DNA of 64,000 bases, taken from Candidatus Parcubacteria bacterium (GTDB lineage Bacteria > Patescibacteriota > Minisyncoccia > Phycocordibacterales > Phycocordibacteraceae). The DNA lies in NCBI GenBank assembly GCA_034666125.1, contig JAXDML010000010.1, forward strand, positions 150,037 through 214,036, in the 5' to 3' direction. Both the position numbers and the translations under genes were made by a program. Numbering within the stretch: the first letter of the stretch is position 1; the number at the start of each line of letters is the position of its first letter. Positions 9,241-18,909 of the stretch are shown in pieces. The notes beneath the pieces are model-generated. The model did not search any database and was not told the DNA's origin. It saw only the letters and a program-made list of their open reading frames with translations.

Positions 9241-10929
9241 ATGCTGTTCCGCAGGCGCCGTAAGAAATACAAGAACCACGAGCTCGCCCCCGACGAGATA
9301 TTCCTCGATTCGAGCAACCTTCCGGAATTCAACCAGGGCAGCCTTGAGGGGCGGCTCGAGAAGCCGATATCGCGCGGGAGCTACCTCGGCATCGCCGGCG
9401 TCATGGGGCTCATCCTGTTCGCGCTCGTCGCGCAGGCGGCAAACCTCGGAATCATGCAGGGAACGAAATACGCCCTGCAGAGCGAGCGGAACCGCCTGCG
9501 CCCGGAGGTCATCTTCGCGAAGCGCGGCGCGATCATGGACCGGAACGGCACGCATCTCGTGTCGAACAACGAGGAGCCGCAGGAAGGCGGAGGAATGCAG
9601 ATCCGTCGCACGTATGAGGCGCCCGGCTTCGCGCACCTCCTGGGTTACGTCTCGTACCCGAAGAAGGACTCTTCCGGGAATTATTACGACACCGACATAA
9701 CCGGGCTCGCCGGCGTTGAAGCCGCCTTCAACGATAGGCTCGCCGGAGAGAACGGCACGCTCCTCATCGAGGAGAACGCGAAGGGCGATCTGCAGTCCCA
9801 GGGGAGCGTGACGCCGGTCAAGAACGGCGATGCGGTCACGCTGTCGATAGACGCGCGCGCACAACGCGCGTTCTATGACGCTATCAAGGAACGCGCGGAC
9901 GCATCCGGCTTCCAGGGAGGCGCTGCGGTGCTCATGGACGTGGAGACCGGGGAAGTGCATGCGCTTGTGTCGTATCCCGAATACGATCCGAACATCCTCT
10001 CGAAGGGCACGCCTGCGGATGTCATCGAGGGATACGCGAACGACCACCGTCAGGTGTACCTCGACCGTGCCATATCCGGCCTGTATACTCCCGGCTCCAT
10101 CGTGAAGCCCGCTGAGGCGGCGGGTGCCATCTCGGACGGGGTTATTTTCCCGGAGAAGAGCATCTACTCCGCGGGTTCCATTTCCATACCGAACCCGTAT
10201 GACGCGTCGAAGCCCTCCATATTCAAGGACTGGAAGGCGCATGGGTGGGTGGACGCCCGCCGCGCCATCGCCGTCTCCTCCGACATCTATTTCTATGCGG
10301 TGGGCGGCGGGTACCAGGACCAGCGCGGGCTCGGCATCGAGCGGCTCGGCTACTGGTTCCGCGCGTTCGGGCTTACGAGCAAGACCGGCATCGAGCTTGG
10401 GAACGAGGCGGCGGGCATCATGCCGAGCCCCGCGTGGAAGGAGGAGAACTTCGGGGACCCGTGGCGGCTCGGTGACACGTACAACACGTCGATCGGCCAG
10501 TACGGCATGCAGATCACGATGATGGAGATCGCGCGCGCGTACGCCGCCATAGCCAACGGCGGCAGGCTCGTCCGTCCGACCCTGCGTTTCGGGCAGTCCA
10601 CTGCAAGCGAGAAGATCGAGATAAGCCCGTACGCGCTCCAGGTCGCGCGCGAAGGCATGCGCGACGGCGTGATCGGAGGGGGTACCTCGCAGGGGCTCGG
10701 AGACCTGTCATTCGCACGGCTCGCCGGAAAGACCGGCACCGCACAGCTGGGCGTCAACAACGAGTTCTATAACATGTGGGCCGTCGGCTTCTGGCCGTAC
10801 GAGCACCCGAAGTACGTGTACGTCGTGCTTATGGATCGGGGGCCGGCAGGCACCACCGTGGGCTCCATAGCGGCGACGCATAAGGCGCTTTCGGGACTCC
10901 ACGAGGCCGCGCCGGAGTATTTTGAATAA
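9241..10929 (+). CDS. mrdA: Penicillin-binding protein 2
   Basis: KRGAIMDRNG, PGSIVKP (SxxK), SSD, GKTGTAQ; in mre cluster. Confidence 0.9.
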   Translation: MLFRRRRKKYKNHELAPDEIFLDSSNLPEFNQGSLEGRLEKPISRGSYLGIAGVMGLILFALVAQAANLGIMQGTKYALQSERNRLRPEVIFAKRGAIMDRNGTHLVSNNEEPQEGGGMQIRRTYEAPGFAHLLGYVSYPKKDSSGNYYDTDITGLAGVEAAFNDRLAGENGTLLIEENAKGDLQSQGSVTPVKNGDAVTLSIDARAQRAFYDAIKERADASGFQGGAAVLMDVETGEVHALVSYPEYDPNILSKGTPADVIEGYANDHRQVYLDRAISGLYTPGSIVKPAEAAGAISDGVIFPEKSIYSAGSISIPNPYDASKPSIFKDWKAHGWVDARRAIAVSSDIYFYAVGGGYQDQRGLGIERLGYWFRAFGLTSKTGIELGNEAAGIMPSPAWKEENFGDPWRLGDTYNTSIGQYGMQITMMEIARAYAAIANGGRLVRPTLRFGQSTASEKIEISPYALQVAREGMRDGVIGGGTSQGLGDLSFARLAGKTGTAQLGVNNEFYNMWAVGFWPYEHPKYVYVVLMDRGPAGTTVGSIAATHKALSGLHEAAPEYFE

Positions 10930-11083
10930 TGATAAAAGACCCCAATTTCTAGACCGCACGGACTTGACTATTCCGCCTTAGATGCTATGCTATATGCGGT
11001 TCCTGCTTCGACAGGCCGTTCCTATCCGGTAGCTTGTTAGATCAAGCGCCGGGTCCCCAATCTAGAATGGAAGGAAAAGGGCA

Positions 11084-11845
11084 ATGCCCGTCAACCTCGA
11101 AAAAGCGACCGAGTCGCTGGGAATCTCGCTCAAGAAGAAGGGCGTCCTGACGTTGCCGACCGTCGATGTCGTCTTCGACTTCGACGTATCCGGCTCCTAT
11201 AAGGACGAGCACGAAGACGGCCTCACCGAGGCGCTGATGACGAGGGTTTTCCCCTGGGGGCTGCTGCTCGATCCGGACAAGAAGATGGAAGTCTTCACGT
11301 TCAGCGACGGCGCACGTCACGCCCACTATGTCGGCGACGTCACCGAGGCGACCTACCTCGGCTACGTCAAGCGCAACATCATCAATAAGGTGCCCGGCTG
11401 GTGCGGCTACACGGACTATGCGCATGTGCTTCGCCTCAATCTGCAGCAGCTCGGCTATGTGGGCGGCGGCAAGACGAGCGACGCTCCTCTGACGATGCCT
11501 GCACATATCGGGTGGTACAAGCCCGGTGAAAAGCCCGCAACGCTCGACTATCTGGCTTCCCGCAAATCGCTGATCATCTTCAACACCGACGGCGCCAACG
11601 ACGACGAGTCTGAAACCGAAGCGCTGTTCGAGGAAATGGAGCGGAAAGGCTACAGCGTCTACGTCATGTTCATCGGCGTTTCGAACCAGAACGAGAAGTT
11701 CACCTTCCTCAAGAAACTGGCCAAGCGGTTCGCGAACTGCGGCCTGACGATCATCAGGGATATGGACGCCTGGGTCAAGAAAACCGACGAAGAAATCGCC
11801 GACGAGCTCATCACGGAGGAGCTGATCGCGTGGTTCAACAATTGA
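11084..11845 (+). CDS. vWA domain protein (TerF-associated vWA-like)
   Basis: MIDAS-like DVSGS, TDYA, IIFNTDG, MFIGV, FTFLKKL. Confidence 0.7.
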   Translation: MPVNLEKATESLGISLKKKGVLTLPTVDVVFDFDVSGSYKDEHEDGLTEALMTRVFPWGLLLDPDKKMEVFTFSDGARHAHYVGDVTEATYLGYVKRNIINKVPGWCGYTDYAHVLRLNLQQLGYVGGGKTSDAPLTMPAHIGWYKPGEKPATLDYLASRKSLIIFNTDGANDDESETEALFEEMERKGYSVYVMFIGVSNQNEKFTFLKKLAKRFANCGLTIIRDMDAWVKKTDEEIADELITEELIAWFNN

Positions 11846-11970
11846 TCCTTCGCGCGCAAGCGCGGACTGGGGCCGGCGGAAACGCTGGCCCCCTCTTTTA
11901 TATACAGCCAAAGCCTGATTTGACGTCCCGATTTTTCCACGTAGAATAGGGTGAACTTCATAGGAACTAC

Positions 11971-12441
11971 ATGACCGAGCAAGAAACAATGGTGAGTCAG
12001 GAGAAGTTCGACGAGATGGTGAAAGAGCTCGAGAATCTCAAGACCGTGCGCCGGACCGAGATCGCTAAGAATCTCGAGTACGCCCGTTCCCTGGGCGATC
12101 TTTCTGAAAACGCCGAATACCAGGAGGCGCGCGAGCTTCAGGCCGCCACCGAGGAGCGCATCCGGAAGCTCGAGGAGCTCGTGAAGCGCGCCAAGATCGT
12201 CACCGACGGCAAGAAGCAGAAGGACATCGTCGGCTTCGGCTCGGTGGTCACCATCAAGAAGGAGGGAGGGGAAGCGCACCAATACACTATTGTCGGGAGC
12301 GAGGAGGCCGACATGCGCGACCACAAGCTCTCGCACGTCTCACCCCTCGGCGCCGCACTCATGGGCAAGAAGAAGGGAGAGGTGTTCACGTTCGAGACCC
12401 CGAACGGCAAGCAGACCTATACGATAGAGAAGGTGTCATAA
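11971..12441 (+). CDS. greA: Transcription elongation factor GreA
   Basis: GDLSENAEY, YTIVGSEEAD, SPLGAALMG. Confidence 0.97.
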   Translation: MTEQETMVSQEKFDEMVKELENLKTVRRTEIAKNLEYARSLGDLSENAEYQEARELQAATEERIRKLEELVKRAKIVTDGKKQKDIVGFGSVVTIKKEGGEAHQYTIVGSEEADMRDHKLSHVSPLGAALMGKKKGEVFTFETPNGKQTYTIEKVS

Positions 12442-12462
12442 CTATAATAAGGACTGGGATGA

Positions 12463-12493
12463 CAAAACGCTGCAGGAATTCTGCAGCGTTTTG
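12463..12493. terminator. Palindromic terminator-like hairpin after greA
   Basis: CAAAACGCTGCAG-gaatt-CTGCAGCGTTTTG. Confidence 0.6.
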
Positions 12494-12539
12494 CCCTAAT
12501 CCACAGGGCGATTTCGATCCCCCTGTTAAAATAGGCTTT

Positions 12540-12935
12540 ATGACCAGGAAGAGAGAAAAGAAGCCGGAGCCTACGCTGCACGATATTCTTGCTGCTACCC
12601 AGGCACTCGATGATCGTTTGACCATAGAAATGCACGACGTCCTTAGTGCTATTCAAACGCTCGATAAGCGCCTGACCACAGAAATTGAAGGCGTGGTCGA
12701 GATTATGGGTACCAGGTTCCTCATAGTTGATAAGAAGCTCATAGCAATCCACGATCGAGTGGAGAATCTTAGTGAGCAGTTAAGTGAGGTAAAGAGACGC
12801 GTGGGAACTGTTGAACGCATTATGCTCGAAGTTCAGGATGAGCTGGATGACTCGCTTGCGATAAGGGATAAGGATGCCGAGACGGTTGTTGACCATGAGA
12901 GGCGCATTACTCGACTCGAAACGGCGACGCAATAG
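12540..12935 (+). CDS. Hypothetical coiled-coil protein
   Basis: Heptad repeats, internal repeat HDILAATQALDDRLT/HDVLSAIQTLDKRLT, ends HERRITRLE; lower GC. Confidence 0.65.
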   Translation: MTRKREKKPEPTLHDILAATQALDDRLTIEMHDVLSAIQTLDKRLTTEIEGVVEIMGTRFLIVDKKLIAIHDRVENLSEQLSEVKRRVGTVERIMLEVQDELDDSLAIRDKDAETVVDHERRITRLETATQ

Positions 12936-12956
12936 GTATCGTGCTACGCTAGGAAT

Positions 12957-14861
12957 ATGTCGACGTTAGAGAATATCCGGCAGGAACGGATAGCGAAACT
13001 GCAGCGCCTCCGGGACAACGGCATGGACCCGTATCCGGCGCGGACCGAGCGGACTCACACGATTACGGACTTCCTTGAAGCGTACGGAGAGCTTGAAAAG
13101 GCTCAGACCAGCGTTACGATCGCGGGCCGCATCATGTCCATCCGCGACCAGGGCGGGGTACTGTTCGCCGACCTGATGGACGGAACGGGGAAGGCGCAGC
13201 TCGTCATCCAGGCCGACACCCTCGGCGAGGAGAAGCTTGAACTCTTCCGTTCATTGGTCGACGGCGGAGACATCATCGAGGCCGCCGGTACCGCGTACAC
13301 GACCAAGCGCGGCATGCAGTCGCTCTCGGTCAGCGGCTGGCGCATGCTCGCAAAGTCGCTGCAACCGGTGCCGGACCAGTGGTACGGCATCAAGGACGAG
13401 GATGAGCGATACCGGAAGCGGTACCTCGACATCCTGCTCTCGCCTGAGATCGCCGACCGCATCCGCCGCCGTTCGCTCTTCTGGAATACCATCCGCTCGT
13501 ACCTGCTTGAGCAGGATTTCGTCGAGGTCGAAACTCCGGCGCTCGAGACGACGACCGGCGGCGCGGATGCGCGCCCGTTCGTCACCCATCATCACGCGCT
13601 CGACATCGACGTGTACCTGCGTATCTCGGCAGGGGAGCTCTGGCAGAAGCGGCTTATGGTCGCGGGGCTGCCGAAGGTCTTCGAGATCGGGCGTATCTTC
13701 CGCAACGAAGGCATGTCCTTCGAGCATCTCCAGGACTACACCCAGCTCGAGTACTATCAGGCGTTCTCGGACTACGAGAAGGGCATGGAGATGATTACCG
13801 ACTTGTACCGCACGATCGCGGACAAGGTGTATGGGACGCGGATATTTACCATAAAGGACTTCACGGTCGACCTCGGCAAGGACTGGGTAATCTACGACTA
13901 CTGCACGCTTATACAGAAGGAGTTCGGCATCGACCCGCTCAAGAAGGATACGGCCGAGGTGGCGAAAGCGCTCACAAGCCGGGCTATACCGTTCGACGAG
14001 GAAGGGTTCAGCATCGAGCGTGGCGTGGACCTACTATGGAAGCAGTTGCGAAAGACCCTCACGGGTCCGGGCTTCCTGGTGCGCGTTCCCGCATACCTCG
14101 AGCCTCTTGCGAAGCGGAGCGCGGATGACGAGCGCGTCGTGGAGCGCTTCCAGGTGCTCATCGCCGGTTCAGAAATGGGGAAGGGATTCAGCGAACTGAA
14201 CGATCCGGTCGACCAGGCCGGACGATTCCAGCACCAGCAGGCGCTCCGGGATGGGGGAGACGAGGAGGCGCAGATGAACGATGCCTCGTACGTAGAAGCG
14301 CTCGAGTACGGCATGCCTCCAGCGTTCGGCTTCGGTCTCTCGGAACGCTTCTTCAGCTTCCTCGAAGGCGTGTCGGCGCGCGAAGCGCAGATATTCCCGC
14401 TTATGCGTCCAAAGACGGAAGATGCCAAGGAACCCAAGACCAAGGAACGGCAGGTCGCCGTCGCGGTCGTGCGTAAAGAAGGACTCGAGCCGTGGCAGGT
14501 GCTCAACACCGTCGCGCATCTCGCAGCCGAGCTCGGCATCCGCGAAGGCCGCACGCTTCTCACCCAGGATGCGCTCACGACCGCGGACGACGAGCGCATA
14601 CCGCTCAACATGCGCCACGCGATCATCCTTAAGGAGACCGGTGACGTAGCGGAACTGCGCAACCTCCTCCGGGGTGCGCAGGCCAATGGGCTCCAGGCCG
14701 GGGCGTTCACGCGCGAGATGATCGAGACGACGAACGATCGAAAGATCATCGAGACGACCGCGAAGATGACGTTCGACGAGGTTGATCTGCTCGGCGTGCT
14801 TGTGTTCGGTCCGGCTTCGGCGGTAGAGCCCATGACTGAAAGTTTCAATAGATACGCATAG
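12957..14861 (+). CDS. lysS: Lysine--tRNA ligase (class II) with C-terminal DUF2000/PTH2-fold-like extension
   Basis: RYRKRYLD, GGADARPF, GRIFRNEG, SELNDP, YGMPPAFGFG; extra ~140 aa after FPLMRP. Confidence 0.93.
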   Translation: MSTLENIRQERIAKLQRLRDNGMDPYPARTERTHTITDFLEAYGELEKAQTSVTIAGRIMSIRDQGGVLFADLMDGTGKAQLVIQADTLGEEKLELFRSLVDGGDIIEAAGTAYTTKRGMQSLSVSGWRMLAKSLQPVPDQWYGIKDEDERYRKRYLDILLSPEIADRIRRRSLFWNTIRSYLLEQDFVEVETPALETTTGGADARPFVTHHHALDIDVYLRISAGELWQKRLMVAGLPKVFEIGRIFRNEGMSFEHLQDYTQLEYYQAFSDYEKGMEMITDLYRTIADKVYGTRIFTIKDFTVDLGKDWVIYDYCTLIQKEFGIDPLKKDTAEVAKALTSRAIPFDEEGFSIERGVDLLWKQLRKTLTGPGFLVRVPAYLEPLAKRSADDERVVERFQVLIAGSEMGKGFSELNDPVDQAGRFQHQQALRDGGDEEAQMNDASYVEALEYGMPPAFGFGLSERFFSFLEGVSAREAQIFPLMRPKTEDAKEPKTKERQVAVAVVRKEGLEPWQVLNTVAHLAAELGIREGRTLLTQDALTTADDERIPLNMRHAIILKETGDVAELRNLLRGAQANGLQAGAFTREMIETTNDRKIIETTAKMTFDEVDLLGVLVFGPASAVEPMTESFNRYA

Positions 14862-14997
14862 GACATAGAAAAAAGCGGCCATAAAAGAGCCGCCGCCTTT
14901 CTCCATAAAGATAAGGCTACAGGTCCGTCCGAATCCGTCCATATAAATGAGTTAGAGCCCCCTTCCCGAACGGGGGCCCTTCCTCAAGGTGGATCGA

Positions 14998-15189
14998 TCA
15001 CGTACAGCCGCGTTGTCCGAGGCGGCACGCCCTCGTCGCGGTTGCGGATTCATGCGGATCCCGATCTCCGAGACTCCGCAAAACAATTGCAGGTTCATCC
15101 GAATCGCCTTGACCCGGGGTATGGACTTTGTCTTCACCCGAATCCTGGCCAGAAATCCTGCCGTCTGGACTACCGTTTCCCTCGATCAT
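14998..15189 (-). CDS. Small orphan protein (63 aa)
   Basis: GGGAGG SD, TTGACA-17-TAGGAT promoter at 15300-15272, downstream GC hairpin. Confidence 0.5.
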   Translation of the reverse strand: MIEGNGSPDGRISGQDSGEDKVHTPGQGDSDEPAIVLRSLGDRDPHESATATRACRLGQRGCT

Positions 15190-15329
15190 AAATCCTCCCA
15201 GAGGTGTTGGGACGCCTTGGCCTGACGTCCGAAAGTACAACATTACCCGCGCGGCCAAAACGCAAGGCTTCATCCTAGACCCGAGACCGAAACCTGTCAA
15301 AAAGTTATCAACAGGGCCTTTTTATGATG

Positions 15330-15375
15330 GTGGGATGAAGTGGCATATACTTACCTACTAGTGGGAAAGAGTGGG
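15330..15375 (+). promoter_or_regulatory. MraZ-binding GTGG repeats (dcw boxes)
   Basis: GTGGG/GTGGC at 15330, 15340, 15361, 15371 (~10-bp phasing) upstream of mraZ. Confidence 0.75.
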
Positions 15376-15410
15376 AAACCGCTCCAGACCACGAGACCTT
15401 CCTTTTTACT

Positions 15411-15842
15411 ATGTTTATCGGCGAATACAGGCACACCTTCGACGCGAAGAACCGTATTTCGCTGCCGTCCCGGTTCCGTAAGGAGCTTGGCGGGTCCGTT
15501 ATCGTGACGCGCGGCCTCGATAGATGCCTGTTCGTATACCCCAAGGCCGCGTGGAAGAAAGAAGCTGAGAAGCTCGCTGAGCACTCGACCGGCAATGCCG
15601 CTGGCCGAGGGCTTTCGCGTTTGATGCTCGCGGGCGCGTCCGAGGCGGACGTGGACTCCGCGGGCAGGATACTGGTGCCGGATTATCTGAAGTCGTTCGC
15701 CGGGCTTGCGGTGAAGACCGTCGTTGCCGGCGTTTCGGGACGGGTAGAGCTGTGGGACGAGCGCGCATGGGCGCAGTACACCAAGACGATCGAGAAGCAC
15801 GCTGACGAGTTCGCGGAGTCGCTTCAGCTCGGTAGCAAATAG
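15411..15842 (+). CDS. mraZ: Transcriptional regulator MraZ
   Basis: MFIGEYRHTFDAKNRISLPSRFR, DSAGRILVP, VELWD. Confidence 0.97.
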   Translation: MFIGEYRHTFDAKNRISLPSRFRKELGGSVIVTRGLDRCLFVYPKAAWKKEAEKLAEHSTGNAAGRGLSRLMLAGASEADVDSAGRILVPDYLKSFAGLAVKTVVAGVSGRVELWDERAWAQYTKTIEKHADEFAESLQLGSK

Positions 15843-15845
15843 CGT

Positions 15846-16826
15846 ATGCAAAGCCGCCACGACACCGTCCTGTTAAGCGAAGCTGTCGAAGGCCTTATGG
15901 TCCAGGCAAGGGACGTGGTCGTCGACGCGACCATCGGCGCGGCGGGACACTTCGCGCTGCTGCATGAAAAGCTCGGGTACGAGGGTATTTTGATAGGCAT
16001 TGATGCTGACCGGGATGCGGTGGATCGCGCCGAGAAAGTGGTAGAAGGGAAGAAGCAGGGCAAGAATGCGCCGAAGGTTCGCGTCATGCACGATAACTTC
16101 CGCAACCTCGACAAGATACTGGATGCCGTAGGCGCCGCGAAGGTCGACCGCGTGCTCTTCGACCTCGGCTGGAGCGGATACCACCTGGACAGCGGCCGCG
16201 GCTTCTCCTTCCAAACGTACGAGCCGCTCATCATGACGTACGGCACGCCTGCCGAGGGAGAGAGTGCGGCCGAGCTCGTGAACAGCGCGACCGAGGAGGA
16301 GCTGTCCGACATTTTGTATACGTACGGCGAAGAACGCTTCGCCCGCAAGATCGCGAAGTCGATAGTCCAGGCGCGGAAGAAGGCACCGATCTTGATGACC
16401 GATGACCTCGTGCGCGCGGTGGAGGACGGTACGCCCGACTGGTACAAGCATCGGAAGCTTCACCCGGCGACGAAGACCTTCCAGGCGCTCCGCATCGCGG
16501 TGAACGACGAGCTCGGCGCGCTTCGGGAAGGACTTGCAGCGGCGATCGACCGGCTCGGCACCAACGGACGCATCGCCGTCATCAGCTTCCATAGCATCGA
16601 GGACCGGATCGTGAAGCAGATGTTCCGGGACGCATCGCACGAAGGGAAGGGAACCTTGGTGACCCGGAAGCCACTCACCGCGTCCGCTGAAGAGACCGCG
16701 CGCAATCCCCGCGCACGGAGCGCCAAGCTCCGGATCTTCGCGGCAAATGTCGAAGGAGCGGCGCTTCTCTGCGTCGTACTGGCCGCGCTCCCGGTCGCAT
16801 TCGGCGTCATCAGCTACCGCCTATGA
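15846..16826 (+). CDS. rsmH: 16S rRNA m4C1402 methyltransferase
   Basis: HDTVLL, DATIGAAGH, FDLGWS, HPATKTFQALRIAVNDEL, ISFHSIEDRIVK, NPRARSAKLR. Confidence 0.96.
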   Translation: MQSRHDTVLLSEAVEGLMVQARDVVVDATIGAAGHFALLHEKLGYEGILIGIDADRDAVDRAEKVVEGKKQGKNAPKVRVMHDNFRNLDKILDAVGAAKVDRVLFDLGWSGYHLDSGRGFSFQTYEPLIMTYGTPAEGESAAELVNSATEEELSDILYTYGEERFARKIAKSIVQARKKAPILMTDDLVRAVEDGTPDWYKHRKLHPATKTFQALRIAVNDELGALREGLAAAIDRLGTNGRIAVISFHSIEDRIVKQMFRDASHEGKGTLVTRKPLTASAEETARNPRARSAKLRIFAANVEGAALLCVVLAALPVAFGVISYRL

Positions 16827-17176
16827 ACGCATCCATGGCCATGAGAGCTCCCAGAAGGTCCGGAAACCGCGGTCAGGGCCTGGCCTTCGCCATGCCCGAC
16901 CGCACGAATTTCGTACTCGGCATCGCGGTCGCGGCGCTCGTCATCGTGTACGTAGGTCTCATGATCACGACCATCGTCTTCGCTTCATGGCAGACCCAGC
17001 TCGCCCGGGGTATCGACGACAGCCGGTCGCGCATCCAGGCCCTTGAGAGCGACTATTACGGCGCGATCGCGAAGCTCGACTCCACCGATCCGTACTCGGT
17101 CGGGCTCGTCGCGCCATCGAAAGTGGAATACGTAGTCGCCGCGCGGATGCCCGGCCTCACGTTCGCGGGCCGTTAA
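16823..17176 (+). CDS. FtsL-like cell division protein
   Basis: Single TM plus coiled coil between rsmH and ftsI. Confidence 0.65.
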   Translation: MNASMAMRAPRRSGNRGQGLAFAMPDRTNFVLGIAVAALVIVYVGLMITTIVFASWQTQLARGIDDSRSRIQALESDYYGAIAKLDSTDPYSVGLVAPSKVEYVVAARMPGLTFAGR

Positions 17177-17179
17177 CGT

Positions 17180-18907
17180 ATGCGCAGAGCCTTTCGCGCG
17201 CGGCTCCGCATCGTCTGTTTCGGCGTCATCGTCGCCGCGTTCCTTCTCACCTCGCGGCTGTACTTCGTGCAGGTCGTGCAGGGCGAGGAATTCGCGCTTC
17301 GCGCCGAGCGGCAGTATGTGAGCTCTTCCCAAGAGCTTTTCGATCGCGGCAGCATCTTCTTCACGCGCAAGGACGGCACGCTTATTTCAGCCGCGAGCCT
17401 TACGAACGGCTTCCTGCTCGCCATCGACCCGGCTCGTATCGTCGACGAGGACAAGGCGTACGGGGCTATTTCCGGAATCCTGACCGATCTCGACCGCGAA
17501 GCGTTCCGGACATCGGCGTCGAAGCGGGACGACCCGTACGAAGTGATCCGCCGCAGGCTTTCGGACGAGCAAGGAAGGGCCATAGACGCGCTCGACATCC
17601 CGGGCGTCATCGTCGAGCGCGAGCGATGGCGGAACTATCCGGCAGGCAACCATGCGGCGCAGACCATCGGACTCATCGCGTACGACAACGACAACACCAT
17701 TGCCGGGCGCTTCGGCCTCGAGCGCTACTACAACGACGTGCTCACTCACGGCGGGCAGGGCGTTTTCGGAAACTTCTTCGCCGAGCTCTTCGCGAACCTC
17801 GACAGCGTGGTCGTGGACGCGCGCAGCGCCCGCGAGGGCGACGTCATCACGTCGATCGAGCCGGTCGCGCAGCAGAAGCTCGACGAGATACTGAGGGAGA
17901 CGAACGCACAGTACGGGAGCCGCGAAACGGGCGGCATCATCATGGACCCCAAGACCGGCGAGATCATCGCGATGGGCACGTACCCGTCCTTCGATCCGAA
18001 CGATTTCCAGAACGAGAACAGCGACAACTTCGGGAACCCGCTCGTGGAGAGCCGGTACGAGTTCGGGTCCATCGTGAAGGCGCTCACGGTGACGTCGGGA
18101 CTCGATTCGGGAGTCATCACGCCGGCGACGACGTATAACGACACGGGCTGCATGACCCTGAACACCCGGGAGATCTGCAACTACGACCTCAAGGCCCGCG
18201 GCGTCGTGCCCATGCAGGAGATTCTCTCGCAATCCCTGAACCTGGGCGCGACCTTCGTCGCGCTGCGCGTCGGCCACGAGCGCCAGCGGAAGTACTTCAC
18301 CGAGCTCGGCCTCGCCGAGGAGACGGGCATCGACCTGCCGAGCGAGATCAGGGGCGATATCCAGAACCTCGAGAGTCCCCGCGACGTGGAGCACGCGACC
18401 GCGTCCTTCGGACAGGGCATCGCTTCTACCCCGGTGGAGATGATCAGGGCCCTCGGCGCGCTCGCCAACGGCGGGGCGACCGTGACCCCGCATGTGGGGA
18501 AGGCGATACGTCTCGAGTCGGGAGTCACGCGGAAGCTCTCCTGGGGGAACCCGACGCGCGTATTCACGCCGGATGCCGTACGGGACGCCACCGGCATGCT
18601 CGTAGAGGTCGTCGATACGAAGCTTGGCGGGGGGACGGCGAAGATACCGAGCATGTCGGTGGCCGCGAAGACCGGTACCGCGCAGATGGCCGCGCCGGGA
18701 GGAGGTTATTACGAGAACCTCTACTTCCACTCCTTCTTCGGCTATTTCCCGGCGTATGAGCCGAAGTTCGTGATCCTCCTCTATACCCGCGAGCCGAACG
18801 GCGTGAAATATGCGTCCGAGACGCTCACGAAGCCCTTCACCGATCTTACGCACTTTCTGATCAATTATTACGAGATCCCGCCCGATAGGGCACAATACGC
18901 AGATTAG
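17180..18907 (+). CDS. ftsI: Penicillin-binding protein 3 (FtsI-like)
   Basis: RGSIF, EFGSIVK, SLN, AKTGTAQ; dcw position. Confidence 0.88.
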   Translation: MRRAFRARLRIVCFGVIVAAFLLTSRLYFVQVVQGEEFALRAERQYVSSSQELFDRGSIFFTRKDGTLISAASLTNGFLLAIDPARIVDEDKAYGAISGILTDLDREAFRTSASKRDDPYEVIRRRLSDEQGRAIDALDIPGVIVERERWRNYPAGNHAAQTIGLIAYDNDNTIAGRFGLERYYNDVLTHGGQGVFGNFFAELFANLDSVVVDARSAREGDVITSIEPVAQQKLDEILRETNAQYGSRETGGIIMDPKTGEIIAMGTYPSFDPNDFQNENSDNFGNPLVESRYEFGSIVKALTVTSGLDSGVITPATTYNDTGCMTLNTREICNYDLKARGVVPMQEILSQSLNLGATFVALRVGHERQRKYFTELGLAEETGIDLPSEIRGDIQNLESPRDVEHATASFGQGIASTPVEMIRALGALANGGATVTPHVGKAIRLESGVTRKLSWGNPTRVFTPDAVRDATGMLVEVVDTKLGGGTAKIPSMSVAAKTGTAQMAAPGGGYYENLYFHSFFGYFPAYEPKFVILLYTREPNGVKYASETLTKPFTDLTHFLINYYEIPPDRAQYAD

Positions 18908-18909
18908 TC

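Noticed and set aside
15120-15180. GAAGACAAAGTCC (- strand) resembling the group I intron S element or RNase P CR-I
   Set aside because: No matching P7 partner or CR-V found; it lies inside an SD-led ORF
15305-15313. DnaA-box-like TTATCAACA (similar sites near 37597 and 39905)
   Set aside because: Isolated, mismatched copies with no cluster or dnaA context, so no oriC call
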